Assembly: GCA_963761335.1 (NCBI GenBank)
Contig: CAVXGR010000013.1
Coordinates: 96,001 to 160,000, forward strand
Length of the DNA: 64,000 nucleotides
DNA from: an uncultured delta proteobacterium
GTDB lineage: Bacteria > Desulfobacterota > Binatia > HRBIN30 > BPIQ01
Direction of reading: 5' to 3'
Under the pieces are notes generated by a model, which did no database searches, was not told the origin of the DNA, and saw only the letters and a program-made list of their open reading frames with translations. The translations under genes and the position numbers were made by a program. Shown in pieces: positions 37,076-47,372 of the stretch (position 1 is the first letter of the stretch; the number at the start of each line of letters is the position of its first letter).

Positions 37076-38410
37076 CTAAGGCCAGAACAGGCGGCGCGCC
37101 TCGCTCCGCAGCTGCTCGCGGAAGGGCTCGGCGGCCAGGTCGACCAGAGCCATCGATCGCTGCCGCTGCGTGAGCCCCTGGAGGTTGGCGATGCCGTGCT
37201 CGGTCACGACGTAGTCGACCAGCGTGCGGGGCAGGGTGATGACCGTGCCTGGCGGATGCTGGGCAACGATACGCGAAACCGTCCCTCGCTGCGCCGTGGA
37301 GGGCAGCACCAACACGGCGCGGCCGCCGGGAGCCATCAACGCCCCGAGGGTCCACACCAGCTGGCCGCCGGGGCCGGTATACATCACGGGACCGATGGAC
37401 TCCGAGGCCGCCTGGCCGGTGAGATCGATGGCCGCCGTCTGGTTGATGGCGATCAGGTTGCGGACCCCGGCGATACGGGGCAGGTGGTTGACGTACTCGA
37501 TGTCGTACAGCTCGATCCTCGGGTTGCCGTCGCAGAAGGCGAAATCGGATCCCGGAATGATGTGAGACGCGGTCGCCACTCCCGGGTGGGTGTTCTTGTG
37601 CCGCCCGCTGGCGACTCCGCTCTTCACCAGCTCGACCACGGAGGCGACCAGGATCTCGGCATCGATGCCGAGATCGCGCTTCTCCGTCAGGTAGCTGCCC
37701 ATCGCCGAGGACAGGGTGCCGGTGCCGATCTGCACCGTGTCGCGGTCGTTGACCAATGTGGAGACGTAGGCGCCGACGAGCTCCGTCACCTCGAGGCGCT
37801 CCGGGCTCAGCTGCGGATAGCGCGGTCGCAGCTCGAAGGGGATCGCCTGCGGTACGGCCAGATCGAACTTGGACAGGTGCACGCAATTGTCGCCGCCGGT
37901 GCGGATCATCCCGGGGCAAATCTCGGCGATGCCGAGGCGCGCCGCCTGCAGCAGCGCCTTCGAATGCCAGAGACTGTAGCCGAAGCTCACGAAGCCCTCG
38001 GCGTCCGGCTCCGAGACCAGCGCCATGAAGACGTCCGGCGTCCACTGGTCTCGCCGTCCGGGCTGGCGCACCTTCGACCCGAGGCTGAACTCGGCCACGG
38101 CAAAATCGCCGATGCGCGCCTCGATCGACGGCCGAACCCATTGGGACACGAAGTCGGTGACGTACTCGATGTGCTCGACCCAGCTCGCATCGCCGTCGCA
38201 CCAGGGGTGGGCGCAGCCGGAGGCGGCTTGAAAGACGCGGACACCCCGGAGCTCGGCGCGCCGGCGCGCCAGGGCGTCGAGCAACGACATCGGCACCGGC
38301 CCAAGCGGCAGGCGAATCAGATCGCCGGAGCGCACCCGGCGAGCCGCCTCGTCGGCGCTCACCACACGTCCGGCAAAGCGCTGCTGCCAGTCGCTCTGGT
38401 CACCGGGCAT
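37076..38410 (-). CDS. Acetyl-CoA hydrolase/4-hydroxybutyrate CoA-transferase family
   Basis: Motifs TVQIGTG, IDLTGQ, GPGGQ and DYVVTEHGIANL. Confidence 0.88.
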   Translation of the reverse strand: MPGDQSDWQQRFAGRVVSADEAARRVRSGDLIRLPLGPVPMSLLDALARRRAELRGVRVFQAASGCAHPWCDGDASWVEHIEYVTDFVSQWVRPSIEARIGDFAVAEFSLGSKVRQPGRRDQWTPDVFMALVSEPDAEGFVSFGYSLWHSKALLQAARLGIAEICPGMIRTGGDNCVHLSKFDLAVPQAIPFELRPRYPQLSPERLEVTELVGAYVSTLVNDRDTVQIGTGTLSSAMGSYLTEKRDLGIDAEILVASVVELVKSGVASGRHKNTHPGVATASHIIPGSDFAFCDGNPRIELYDIEYVNHLPRIAGVRNLIAINQTAAIDLTGQAASESIGPVMYTGPGGQLVWTLGALMAPGGRAVLVLPSTAQRGTVSRIVAQHPPGTVITLPRTLVDYVVTEHGIANLQGLTQRQRSMALVDLAAEPFREQLRSEARRLFWP

Positions 38411-38414
38411 GAGA

Positions 38415-39305
38415 TCAGTCGTTGACGACGATGCGGTAGGTCACCGAGCCGGTGGCGACCACGCAGCCCGAGCGGCAACCGCTGACGGTAACGCCGTTGA
38501 GAAAGATCTCGTTGTCGCGCCGCAGCGTGCGAGCGTGGGCGAGGACGTCCTCGCCAAGGGCCGGGGCGTGAAAGTTGAGGTGAATTCCCACGGTCGACGC
38601 CTTGTAGGAAAAGTTCAGGCCGGTGATGGACCAGGAGGCCATGGCGCCGCTGGTGTCGATCAGCGCCGCCAGCGCGCCCTCGTGCACGCGCCCGTCGCCG
38701 TCGGCGTTGTCGGCGTGGAAAGGCATGGCCAAGAAGGCCTCGCCGTCGCGGGCATGCGTAACCGTCATGCCCAGCCGGGCAATGAAGGGCACGGCCACGA
38801 AGACGCGCGCATTGCGCGGCACGTCGAGGGCTCCCGCGGGAAGCCTCTCGGCGGCCATGCGCCGCTGTCGCTGCGCCGCCTGCGGCACGGCGGCGCGGTC
38901 GAGTGCCCGATAGGTCACCAGCCCCTTGGCGACGCGCTTGCCGGCGTCGCTATGCACGTCGACATCGGCATAGACAATCTCCTTGCCACGGCGCAGGACC
39001 TCGGCACTGGCGATGATATCCTCGCCAATGGCGGCGGCGAGATAGTTGACGCTCAGATCGACGGTGCCGGTCTCGAGGTCGGGGCGCGCCTCGAGTCCGG
39101 TCCACGCCGCCAGCGAACCGGCCGCCTCGATCGCCGAGGCGGCGACTCCGCCGTGCAAGGCACCGCCGGGGTTGGCGTTCTCGTCTCGAAATGGGACGCG
39201 CACGCGGACGCGATCGAGATCGATCGATTCGACCCGCATGCCCACGGTGGCGGCGTACGGAAGGCGCGCAAAGCGCTCGGCGAGAATGTCGAGGGAATCA
39301 GGCAC
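38415..39305 (-). CDS. Tandem PaaI-type hotdog thioesterase
   Basis: Two hotdog repeats: NPGGALHGG and NADGDGRVHEG. Confidence 0.85.
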   Translation of the reverse strand: MPDSLDILAERFARLPYAATVGMRVESIDLDRVRVRVPFRDENANPGGALHGGVAASAIEAAGSLAAWTGLEARPDLETGTVDLSVNYLAAAIGEDIIASAEVLRRGKEIVYADVDVHSDAGKRVAKGLVTYRALDRAAVPQAAQRQRRMAAERLPAGALDVPRNARVFVAVPFIARLGMTVTHARDGEAFLAMPFHADNADGDGRVHEGALAALIDTSGAMASWSITGLNFSYKASTVGIHLNFHAPALGEDVLAHARTLRRDNEIFLNGVTVSGCRSGCVVATGSVTYRIVVND

Positions 39306-40434
39306 CTGCGGTCTCCGCGTCGCGCACCCAGGCTTCCGTCGATTGCGGCACCAGGCAGGAATGAATGCTCGGCCTGCCGGCGGCTTCGCCGCTGAGCGTC
39401 TGCAGGGCCAGCTCCGCCTGCTCGAGAGGGAACTCGTGCGTGTGCATCTTCTCGAGCGGCACTCGGCCGGACTCGATCAGGCGGATGGCGGACCGATACG
39501 CTGGAGCGGTGACCCCGAAGGCGCCGCGGATGGTGGCCTCCTTGATCACGATGAGATCGCTGATGAAGCTCGGCACGCTCTTGAAACCCTTCACCCCGGC
39601 GAGAACGATGCGGCCGCCCCAGGCGACGTGGTGCAGGGCCTCGGCCACCGGCTCGGGGGCATTGGAGCAGACCTCGACGACGACGTCGGCGCCGCGGCCG
39701 TGGGTGAGATCCTTGACGCGGCTCACCGCGTCCTCCGCCTCGACGTCGATCACGTGATCGGCGCCGAGCTCGAGAGCCAGCGCCAGCTTGTCGCGGTCGC
39801 GGGCCAGGCCGGTGACGATGATGGTCTCGGCGCCGGCGGCGCGCGCCGCGATAACGGAAGCGAGGCCGCGCTGGCCGGGACCGAGGACGAGGACCGTGTC
39901 GCCGGGGCCGGTTCCGCCGATCTCCACCGCCCAGCGGAACCCCGCGCCGAGGGGGTTGAACATCACGGCGATGCCCGCCGGGATATCCTTGCGCACCGGG
40001 TGCAGGATCGAGAAGGGGTCGAGCACCATGTACTCGGCGTAGGCGCCCCAGAGGCCGGGCGGCTGCGACAGCGGCACGTAGCCATGACCGAACATGGTGC
40101 CGCGCCCGCGACAGAGGGAATAGCGCCCGCTCAGGCAGTCGCGACAGTGGCCGCAGCGAATGATGGCCTCGACGGCAACCCGATCGCCGACCTTCACGCC
40201 CCAGCGTTTGGCGGCACGGCCGCCGATCTCGGCAATGGTGCCGAGCGGCTCGTGACCGGGAATGACCGGCATCCGCACCGGGATGACGCCGTTGTACTGC
40301 TCGGCGTCGCTACCGCAGATGCCGCACGCCTCGACGCGCAGCAAGGCGCCGTCGTCGTCGATCTCCGGTATCGGCACCTCCCGCAGCTCCAGCTGCCGCG
40401 GCGCCGTTTGCACCATGGCCCGGCAAGCTCGCAT
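39298..40434 (-). CDS. Zinc-binding alcohol dehydrogenase family
   Basis: Motifs CGSD, GHE, CGHCRDC...C and GPGQRG. Confidence 0.9.
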   Translation of the reverse strand: MRACRAMVQTAPRQLELREVPIPEIDDDGALLRVEACGICGSDAEQYNGVIPVRMPVIPGHEPLGTIAEIGGRAAKRWGVKVGDRVAVEAIIRCGHCRDCLSGRYSLCRGRGTMFGHGYVPLSQPPGLWGAYAEYMVLDPFSILHPVRKDIPAGIAVMFNPLGAGFRWAVEIGGTGPGDTVLVLGPGQRGLASVIAARAAGAETIIVTGLARDRDKLALALELGADHVIDVEAEDAVSRVKDLTHGRGADVVVEVCSNAPEPVAEALHHVAWGGRIVLAGVKGFKSVPSFISDLIVIKEATIRGAFGVTAPAYRSAIRLIESGRVPLEKMHTHEFPLEQAELALQTLSGEAAGRPSIHSCLVPQSTEAWVRDAETAGA

Positions 40435-40529
40435 CGAAGTGGCGTGAAAGCTCTCACGGTTCGCGCGGCAGTGCAACAATTTCCGCCGCCTGGTCCTCCC
40501 CGAGGCATTTCGGTACGGTTGGAACCGCA

Positions 40530-42107
40530 ATGAGCGTCGCGGAGCTGATTGCGGCGATGCGCCGCCCGGAGATCTATCCGCATCGGCCGCCGCGGGTCGA
40601 TCTGCTGCAGACGCACATCTCCTACGTCTTCCTCGCCGGCGATCAGGTCTACAAGATCAAGAAAGCGGTGCGCTTCAGCTTCCTCGACTTCTCGACGCTC
40701 GAGCAGCGCCTGCATTTCTGCCGCGAGGAGGTGCGCCTCAACCGCCGGCTGGCCGGTGACGTCTACCGGGGCATCGTCTCAATCGTCGCCGACGGCGCCG
40801 GCGGCTATCGGCTGGACGCCGAAGACGCGGACGGCGCGCTCGAGTACGCGGTGCACATGCGCCGCCTGCCGGAGGACCGCCTTCTCGATCACCTGCTCGC
40901 CAACGATCAGGCCACGCCGGAGATGATCGATCTGGCGGCGGCGCGTCTCGCCGCCTTTCACCGCGACGCCGCCACCGGAAACGATATCAGCGCCAACGGC
41001 TCGGCCGACGCCCTGCGCGCCATCATGAGCGACAACTTCTTAGGCGTACGCCGGTTTCGCGGCACCACCATTTCCGCCGCTGACGACGATGCGATCCAGG
41101 GTTTCTGCGGCGACTTTCTGCAGAGGGAGACGGCCCTCCTGCAGCGCCGGCAGGCCGGTGGGCGCATTCGCGACGGCCACGGGGACCTGCACGCCGAGCA
41201 CCTCTGCTTCGCGGACGAGCTGATCATCTTCGACTGCGTCGAGTTCAACCCCCGCTTTCGCTACTGCGACGTGGCCTCGGATATCGCCTTTCTCGCCATG
41301 GACCTCGAGTATCACGGCCACGAGGAGCTGGCGGATCGGCTGCTGCGCCGCTACGAGGAGCTGAGCGGCGATCGGGAGCTGGCGCCGCTGATGCCGTTCT
41401 ATCTGTGCTATCGAGCCTACGTCCGCGGCAAGGTTGGCAGTCTCACCAGCGCCGAGAAGGAGGTCAGCGAGGCCGAGAGACGCGAGGCCCTCGACAGTGC
41501 TCGCCGCCACTTCGCCCTCGCCTGCCGGTACGTGTGGAGAGCGCGGCCGATGCTGGTGATGTTCAGCGGCCTCAGCGGCAGCGGCAAATCGACGATTGCC
41601 GCTGCGCTGGCCCAGCGCACCGGCTTCACAGTGATCAGCTCCGACGTGATTCGCAAACAGCTGGCCGGCGTTCCCCTCGAGTCCCGTCCCGCCGAGCACG
41701 GCCTCGATCTGTACACCGCCGAGCAGAACGCGCGCACCTACGAGACCATGCACCAGCGGTGCGCGCAGGAGCTCGCCTGCGGTCGCGGGGTGATTCTCGA
41801 CGCCACCTACCAGCGGCGCGCCCACCGCGCGATTCCCCGCGCCTTGGCGACGGCGGCCGCTGTGCCCCTGCTGATGATCGAGTGTCGCTGTGGCGAAGAC
41901 GAGATGCGACGTCGCCTGCACAGCCGTAGCCAAGCTGGACGGGGGCCCTCGGACGCGGACTGGGGCGTGCACCTGGAGCAGCGGCAGCAGTACGAGCCGT
42001 TTTCGACGGAAGAAGAGAGCCTGCATCTCGTCATCGACACGGCGCAACCCGTGTCGCCGGTGGTGCAGGCGATCGAGTCCGCGATGAGGAGACGATTGGC
42101 TTTCTGA
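40530..42107 (+). CDS. Aminoglycoside-phosphotransferase-like/AAA_33 kinase fusion
   Basis: QTHISYV, HGDLH, FDCVEFN and P-loop GLSGSGKS. Confidence 0.88.
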   Translation: MSVAELIAAMRRPEIYPHRPPRVDLLQTHISYVFLAGDQVYKIKKAVRFSFLDFSTLEQRLHFCREEVRLNRRLAGDVYRGIVSIVADGAGGYRLDAEDADGALEYAVHMRRLPEDRLLDHLLANDQATPEMIDLAAARLAAFHRDAATGNDISANGSADALRAIMSDNFLGVRRFRGTTISAADDDAIQGFCGDFLQRETALLQRRQAGGRIRDGHGDLHAEHLCFADELIIFDCVEFNPRFRYCDVASDIAFLAMDLEYHGHEELADRLLRRYEELSGDRELAPLMPFYLCYRAYVRGKVGSLTSAEKEVSEAERREALDSARRHFALACRYVWRARPMLVMFSGLSGSGKSTIAAALAQRTGFTVISSDVIRKQLAGVPLESRPAEHGLDLYTAEQNARTYETMHQRCAQELACGRGVILDATYQRRAHRAIPRALATAAAVPLLMIECRCGEDEMRRRLHSRSQAGRGPSDADWGVHLEQRQQYEPFSTEEESLHLVIDTAQPVSPVVQAIESAMRRRLAF

Positions 42108-42120
42108 GGGAGGTGGGGCG

Positions 42121-42903
42121 ATGGCACGACGACGAAAGGCGAAAGAACCGCCGCGGCCGGCACGCGCCCGGCGCACCCGGCGGCCGGGCATCCTCCCTGG
42201 ACAGCGCCCCGTCCCGGTCGCCGGGCAGCCAACCGAGGACGAGAGGCTGCTCGGCGCGCCCGCCGTCAAGGACTTCACCGAGACCGATCCCTGGCGGGTC
42301 TTCCGAATCCTCGGCGAGTTCGTCGAAGGCTTCGACGCGTTGTCTCACGTCACTCGCGCCGTCGCCGTTTTCGGTTCGGCGAGGTCGCGCCGCAACCAGC
42401 GAGAGTATCAGGCGGCGGTGCGTACCACGCAGCTCCTCGGCGAAGCGGGCTTCGCGGTGATCACCGGGGGCGGTCCGGGGATCATGGAAGCGGCGAATCG
42501 CGGGGCGCGCCTCGCCAAGGCGCTGTCCATCGGCTGCAACATCGAGCTGCCGTACGAGCAACGGCCCAATGACTACCTCGATGTGATGCTGCACTTCCGC
42601 TACTTCTTCGTCCGCAAGATGATGTTCGTGAAGTACTCGCTCGGCTTTCTCATCTTCCCCGGCGGCTTCGGTACGCTCGACGAGCTGTTCGAGGCGTTGA
42701 CGCTGATCCAGACGCACAGGATCCACCAGTTCCCCGTGGTGCTCTACGACTCGCGCTACTGGCGCGGGCTGGTCGATTGGCTGCGCACGCGGGTGCGCCG
42801 CGAAGGCAAGATCTCCGCCGGCGACTTCGGCTGCTTCTATCTCACCGACTCGCCGGAGGATGCGGTTGCGCACCTCCTGCGGACTTGCCCGGAGAAGAAT
42901 TAG
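42121..42903 (+). CDS. LOG-family (TIGR00730) nucleotide phosphoribohydrolase
   Basis: Motifs FGSAR, TGGGPGIMEA and PGGFGTLDELFE. Confidence 0.92.
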   Translation: MARRRKAKEPPRPARARRTRRPGILPGQRPVPVAGQPTEDERLLGAPAVKDFTETDPWRVFRILGEFVEGFDALSHVTRAVAVFGSARSRRNQREYQAAVRTTQLLGEAGFAVITGGGPGIMEAANRGARLAKALSIGCNIELPYEQRPNDYLDVMLHFRYFFVRKMMFVKYSLGFLIFPGGFGTLDELFEALTLIQTHRIHQFPVVLYDSRYWRGLVDWLRTRVRREGKISAGDFGCFYLTDSPEDAVAHLLRTCPEKN

Positions 42904-42995
42904 ACGGACGCCCCGAGTAGAATCGGCGTCTCGCCGCTTCGAAAGCGCCGGGACGGCGCTTCTACTTTGGTTTTGAGACCCCTTCGGGGTACGCT

Positions 42996-44996
42996 CTACT
43001 CGATCGGCGACCGGGAGCGCCGGCGCAGCACCAGGCCGAGCAGCGGCAGAAGCAGCATGAGCGTCTGACCCGCGCCATCACCCCGGGACGCGGCGGCGCC
43101 GATGGAGCAACCGCCACCACCACCCCCGATCACCGCCGAGGTGTGCACCGGGCTCGGGCTCGGGCTCGGCGACGGCGTTGCCATCACGCAGGTGTGTGAG
43201 ATCGGATCGCACACGCGTCCCGACGAGCAGTCGCCGCTGGTCGTGCAGGACATGGGCGTCCGTGTGCCGCTGGGGGTCGCCGCTGCCGTCCGCGTGGGGC
43301 TCGGCATCGACGGTGCGGTGGCGGTGGGTGGGACCAAGGTCTGCGTCGGCATCTGCGAGGGAGTGCGCGTCGGCGTGTCCGGCGAGCCGGAGGTTGCCGT
43401 CGGCGTCACCGACCCCGCCTGCGGAGTGACCGTGGAGGTCGACGCCGCGGTGGCCGTGGCGGTCCGCACCGTCGCGGTCTCGGTCGGCAAGGACGTCGGC
43501 GTTTCCGTGGCGACCGCCGTCGCGGTGATCGTCGGCGTGCTCGACGGCGCCGCGGTCGCCGTATCGGTGGGCGTCGGGGTAGGCGGGCAATCCTGCAGGT
43601 CGGCGCGGTTCTCGACCACGAAGATATCCCGGTTCCCGCCGACGTCATTGGGGACGAGATCGGATGCCGTCGACTCGAAGGCGATCCAGTGGCCGTCGCG
43701 GCTGATGACCGGGTTGACACTGTCGCCGTTCGCTTGGGTCAGCACCGTCGCCATGCTGACCCGACAGGTCTGATTGCTGGCGCGGTCGCGCACGTAGATA
43801 TTGCTCCGTCCCCCGGTGTTGGTGGAAAGGTTCGGCAGGAGGTTGGTAGCGTTCGACGCGAAGACGACCCAGCGGCCGTCGGCGCTGATGCTCGGGCTGG
43901 TGCTGGCGCCGTTGCCGCCGGTGCCAAAGGTGTTGACGCTGATGCGCTCCGTGGTGCCGGCGGCGCGATCGCGGACGAACACGTCGGTGGTGCCGTTGGT
44001 GTCGCCCGGGACGAGGTTCGAGACGGCGGACTCGAAGGCGACCAGCGATCCGTCGGCGTTCAATGACGGCGGAAAGAGCGACCCCTGGCTGTCGGCGGAG
44101 TTGCTGGAGGTACCGGCGGCGTTCACCGAGATACGCTCCGTGAAGGGGGGGTCGGCGCAGAGGTCGCGCGCATAGACGTCCAGGTGCTCGTCGGTGTCCT
44201 GCCCCTGGGGAACCAGCTGGCGGCTGGAGGAGACGAAGGCGACGACGCAGCCGTCGCCGCTGATCCCGGGGGCGAAGGCGGGCTCGGGATCCATGGTGAC
44301 CAGGCGCTTGCTGACCAGCTGCACGATGTTGGTGTCGCGGTCGAACACATAGGCGTCGGCGATCGGGCCGGTGTGCGGATCATCGGCCGTCAGCTTGGCG
44401 GCGGTCTCGAAGGCGACCCAGCGACCGTCGGTGCTCATCGACGGGGGGATCTCCCGGGTATTTCCCGGAACCCCGACGCCGCTGTTGGTCACGCTGACGC
44501 GGGTGGTGGTGTCGTCGGCGCGGTTGCGCACGAACACGTCGGAGCTGCCGTTGGTGTCATTGCCGGGGCCGAGGAGGTTGGTGGCGGCCGACCCGAAGGC
44601 GACGAGCTGACCATCGCCGCTGATGGTGGCCGGGAAGCTGCTATTGTTGCCGACGCAGGTGTTGTCGCCGGCACAGGGGAGGGTGCTCTGGCTGACCCGT
44701 TCCGTCACTCCCGTGTCGAGGTCATGGACATAGATGTCGAACTGGGTGTTGTCGGCGAGAGGTGTCGTAAGGTTGGTGGCGTCGGACTTGAAGGCAACGA
44801 CTCGGCCGTCGGCGCTGATCGCAGCAAAGAAGCTGTCGCTGTTGGCGGCGACACCGTCGCTGTTCACCGACACCCGGGTGATCTCCTGGGCGGCAGCGGG
44901 CATCGCCAGAGCGGCGCACCAGAGCGCCCCTCCCCCCAGCAGAATCACTCGGCGGAACATCTTGCGGGGAATTCGTGCTCGGCGACTGCGGCGCAT
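42996..44996 (-). CDS. Secreted TolB/PD40-like beta-propeller protein with Thr/Pro linker and C-terminal sorting signal
   Basis: Signal peptide; repeated ISADGR.VAF.S.A.NL...D.FVRD; tail GGGGGGCSIG...LLLPLLGLVLRRR. Confidence 0.85.
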   Translation of the reverse strand: MRRSRRARIPRKMFRRVILLGGGALWCAALAMPAAAQEITRVSVNSDGVAANSDSFFAAISADGRVVAFKSDATNLTTPLADNTQFDIYVHDLDTGVTERVSQSTLPCAGDNTCVGNNSSFPATISGDGQLVAFGSAATNLLGPGNDTNGSSDVFVRNRADDTTTRVSVTNSGVGVPGNTREIPPSMSTDGRWVAFETAAKLTADDPHTGPIADAYVFDRDTNIVQLVSKRLVTMDPEPAFAPGISGDGCVVAFVSSSRQLVPQGQDTDEHLDVYARDLCADPPFTERISVNAAGTSSNSADSQGSLFPPSLNADGSLVAFESAVSNLVPGDTNGTTDVFVRDRAAGTTERISVNTFGTGGNGASTSPSISADGRWVVFASNATNLLPNLSTNTGGRSNIYVRDRASNQTCRVSMATVLTQANGDSVNPVISRDGHWIAFESTASDLVPNDVGGNRDIFVVENRADLQDCPPTPTPTDTATAAPSSTPTITATAVATETPTSLPTETATVRTATATAASTSTVTPQAGSVTPTATSGSPDTPTRTPSQMPTQTLVPPTATAPSMPSPTRTAAATPSGTRTPMSCTTSGDCSSGRVCDPISHTCVMATPSPSPSPSPVHTSAVIGGGGGGCSIGAAASRGDGAGQTLMLLLPLLGLVLRRRSRSPIE

Positions 44997-45162
44997 GATC
45001 CACTTCCTCCCTTCAGGCGACGAACGCCCAACAAGGCTCCCTGCAGTACCACAAAACCCGCGCGAGCAACAAACCCGAATCTCGACGACGGTATCGGGAC
45101 AGGTCGCCTTGCGATAGCAGAAGCCCGCGGTCTATGGTCAGGCGCGAACGTTTCGCCCGTCC

Positions 45163-46551
45163 ATGTCCCAGTACGTGCCCGACGACAAGCCGCTGGTGCC
45201 GATCGAGCGGTTCGACCAGCTGGTCGCCGGATTCGAGGCCGGCTGCAAGCCGCGGGATCAGTGGCGGATCGGCACCGAGTACGAGAAGGTGTCGGTGCGC
45301 CCCGCCGACGGGCGCGCCGCTCCCTTTTCCGGTCCCAACGGCATCGAGCGGCTGCTCGAGATTCTGGCGGAGCGCTTCGACTGGGCTCCGGTCCGCGAGG
45401 ACCAGCGCCTGGTGGCACTGCGCCGCGAGGGGGCGTCGATCACCCTCGAGCCGGGGGCACAGCTCGAGCTCAGCGGCAAACCCTTCTCTTCGGTGCACCA
45501 AGCCGCCGGCGAGTTCCGCCGTCACCTGGACGAAATTCTGCAGATCGGCAACGAGCTGGGGATCGCCTTCCTGGGGCTCGGCATCCAGCCGATCAGCCGC
45601 CTCGACGAGATCGAGATGGTGCCGAAGCGGCGCTATCGGATCATGGCGCCGTACATGCAGCGCGTCGGCCGTCTAGGCTTGCGGATGATGAAGCAGACGG
45701 CAACCGTGCAGGTGAACTTCGACTTCGAGAGCGAGGCCGATGCCATGCAGAAGATGCGCGTCGGCATGGGGATCACCCCGCTGGTATCGGCGATGTTCGC
45801 CAACTCGCCGATCTCGGACGGCGACCTGAACGGCTATCTCACCTATCGCGGCCACGTGTGGACCGACACCGACGCCGACCGCTCCGGCCTGCTGCCATGG
45901 GTGTTCGCTCGCACCGCCAGCTTCGAGCGATACGTGGACTACGCACTCGACGTGCCCATGTACTTCATCGTCCGCGACGATTGGATCGACATGACCGCCT
46001 ACACCTTCCGCCGATTCCTGGAAGAGGGATACGCCGGTCATCGCGCCAGCATGGCGGACTGGACGACGCACCTCACCACTCTCTTCCCCGAGGTGAGGCT
46101 GAAGAGCTACATCGAGCTGCGCTCCGCCGACAGCCAGGCACCCGAGCAGATGCTGGCGCTCCCGGCGCTCGCCAAGGGAATCTTCTACGACGGCGACGCA
46201 TTGCTGGCGGCCTGGGACCTGGTGAGGGGCTGGTCCTGGGAGCAGCGATTGGGGGCCTGGGGCGACGCGCATCGCGCCGCCCTGGCGGCGCGCGTCGGTG
46301 GCATCTCCCTCCGCGACCTCTCCATGGAGCTTCTCGAGATCGCCCGCTACGGCCTCGGGCGGCAGCGCTGTCTCGACGAAAACGGCGACGACGAGTCGAT
46401 CTACCTGGCGCGGCTGCATGCGGCGGTGCGGCGCGGCGTCTGTCCCGCCGACGCGATTCGCGACAAATGGCTCGGCGAATGGAACCAGCAGGCCTCTCGG
46501 CTGGTGGCCGGCACGGCCTATCACCCCGACACGGCCCTGGCGGAGGTCTGA
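45163..46551 (+). CDS. gshA: Glutamate--cysteine ligase (GCS2, plant/alphaproteobacterial type)
   Basis: Motifs IGTEYEK, LEPGAQLELSG, QVNFD, FANSP and HLTTLFPEVRLK.YIELR. Confidence 0.9.
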   Translation: MSQYVPDDKPLVPIERFDQLVAGFEAGCKPRDQWRIGTEYEKVSVRPADGRAAPFSGPNGIERLLEILAERFDWAPVREDQRLVALRREGASITLEPGAQLELSGKPFSSVHQAAGEFRRHLDEILQIGNELGIAFLGLGIQPISRLDEIEMVPKRRYRIMAPYMQRVGRLGLRMMKQTATVQVNFDFESEADAMQKMRVGMGITPLVSAMFANSPISDGDLNGYLTYRGHVWTDTDADRSGLLPWVFARTASFERYVDYALDVPMYFIVRDDWIDMTAYTFRRFLEEGYAGHRASMADWTTHLTTLFPEVRLKSYIELRSADSQAPEQMLALPALAKGIFYDGDALLAAWDLVRGWSWEQRLGAWGDAHRAALAARVGGISLRDLSMELLEIARYGLGRQRCLDENGDDESIYLARLHAAVRRGVCPADAIRDKWLGEWNQQASRLVAGTAYHPDTALAEV

Positions 46552-46573
46552 CGGGCAAGCGCCAGGCTCCGCC

Positions 46574-47365
46574 ATGAGGCCAGCCCTGATCACCCTGCTC
46601 ACCGACTTCGGCACGGCGGACGCCTACGTCGGCCTGATGAAGGGGGTTATTCTCGGCCTGGCTCCGGATGCCCGTCTCGTCGATCTCACGCACGCGATCC
46701 CGCCGCAGAGCGTCGAGATCGGCGCTCTGGTGCTGCGCAGCGCCGTGCCGTACTTTCCCGAGGGCTCCATCCATCTCGCGGTCGTCGACCCCGGAGTGGG
46801 CTCGGGACGCGCCGCTGTGGCGGTGCAGACCCGGCGCGCCTGGTTCGTCGGACCGGACAACGGGCTGCTGGCTCCGGCCGCTGAAAGCGACGGCATCGAG
46901 CGCGTCATCGAGCTCCGCAACCCGCGCTATGGCCTCGCGGAAGTGAGCCACACCTTTCACGGTCGCGACGTCTTCGCGCCCGCGGCCGCGCACCTGGCGG
47001 CGGGGGTGGCTGCCGAGGAGCTCGGGCCGCCGCGGCCGCGGCTGGCACCCCTCGCGGGCGGCCAGGAGCCGCGCCGCCTCGAAGACGGCCTCGAGGGCGA
47101 GGTGATCTACGTCGATGGCTTTGGCAATCTGATCACCAACATCGGCGCCCGCGACCTGACTGACTTTCGCAGCCGAGCGGTTTCGGTTAGCATCGCGCAA
47201 TGCAGCTCGATCCCGCTGGTGTCGACGTACTCGGATGTCGCGGTCGGAGAGCCGGCCGCCCTCATCGGCAGCTGGAGCCAGCTGGAGATCGCTGTTCGCG
47301 GTGGCAGCGCGGCGCAGCACCTGGCTGCGGGACGCGGTACCTTCGTGCGGCTGATCGCGGAGTGA
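46574..47365 (+). CDS. SAM hydroxide adenosyltransferase (DUF62, chlorinase/fluorinase family)
   Basis: Motifs LLTDFG, VVDPGVG, GPDNG, TFHGRDVF and DGFGN. Confidence 0.9.
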   Translation: MRPALITLLTDFGTADAYVGLMKGVILGLAPDARLVDLTHAIPPQSVEIGALVLRSAVPYFPEGSIHLAVVDPGVGSGRAAVAVQTRRAWFVGPDNGLLAPAAESDGIERVIELRNPRYGLAEVSHTFHGRDVFAPAAAHLAAGVAAEELGPPRPRLAPLAGGQEPRRLEDGLEGEVIYVDGFGNLITNIGARDLTDFRSRAVSVSIAQCSSIPLVSTYSDVAVGEPAALIGSWSQLEIAVRGGSAAQHLAAGRGTFVRLIAE

Positions 47366-47372
47366 GCTCCTG

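Noticed and set aside
46574..47365. Fluorinase/chlorinase implying halometabolite synthesis
   Set aside because: The HGRD motif and housekeeping context fit the widespread DUF62 SAM hydrolase.
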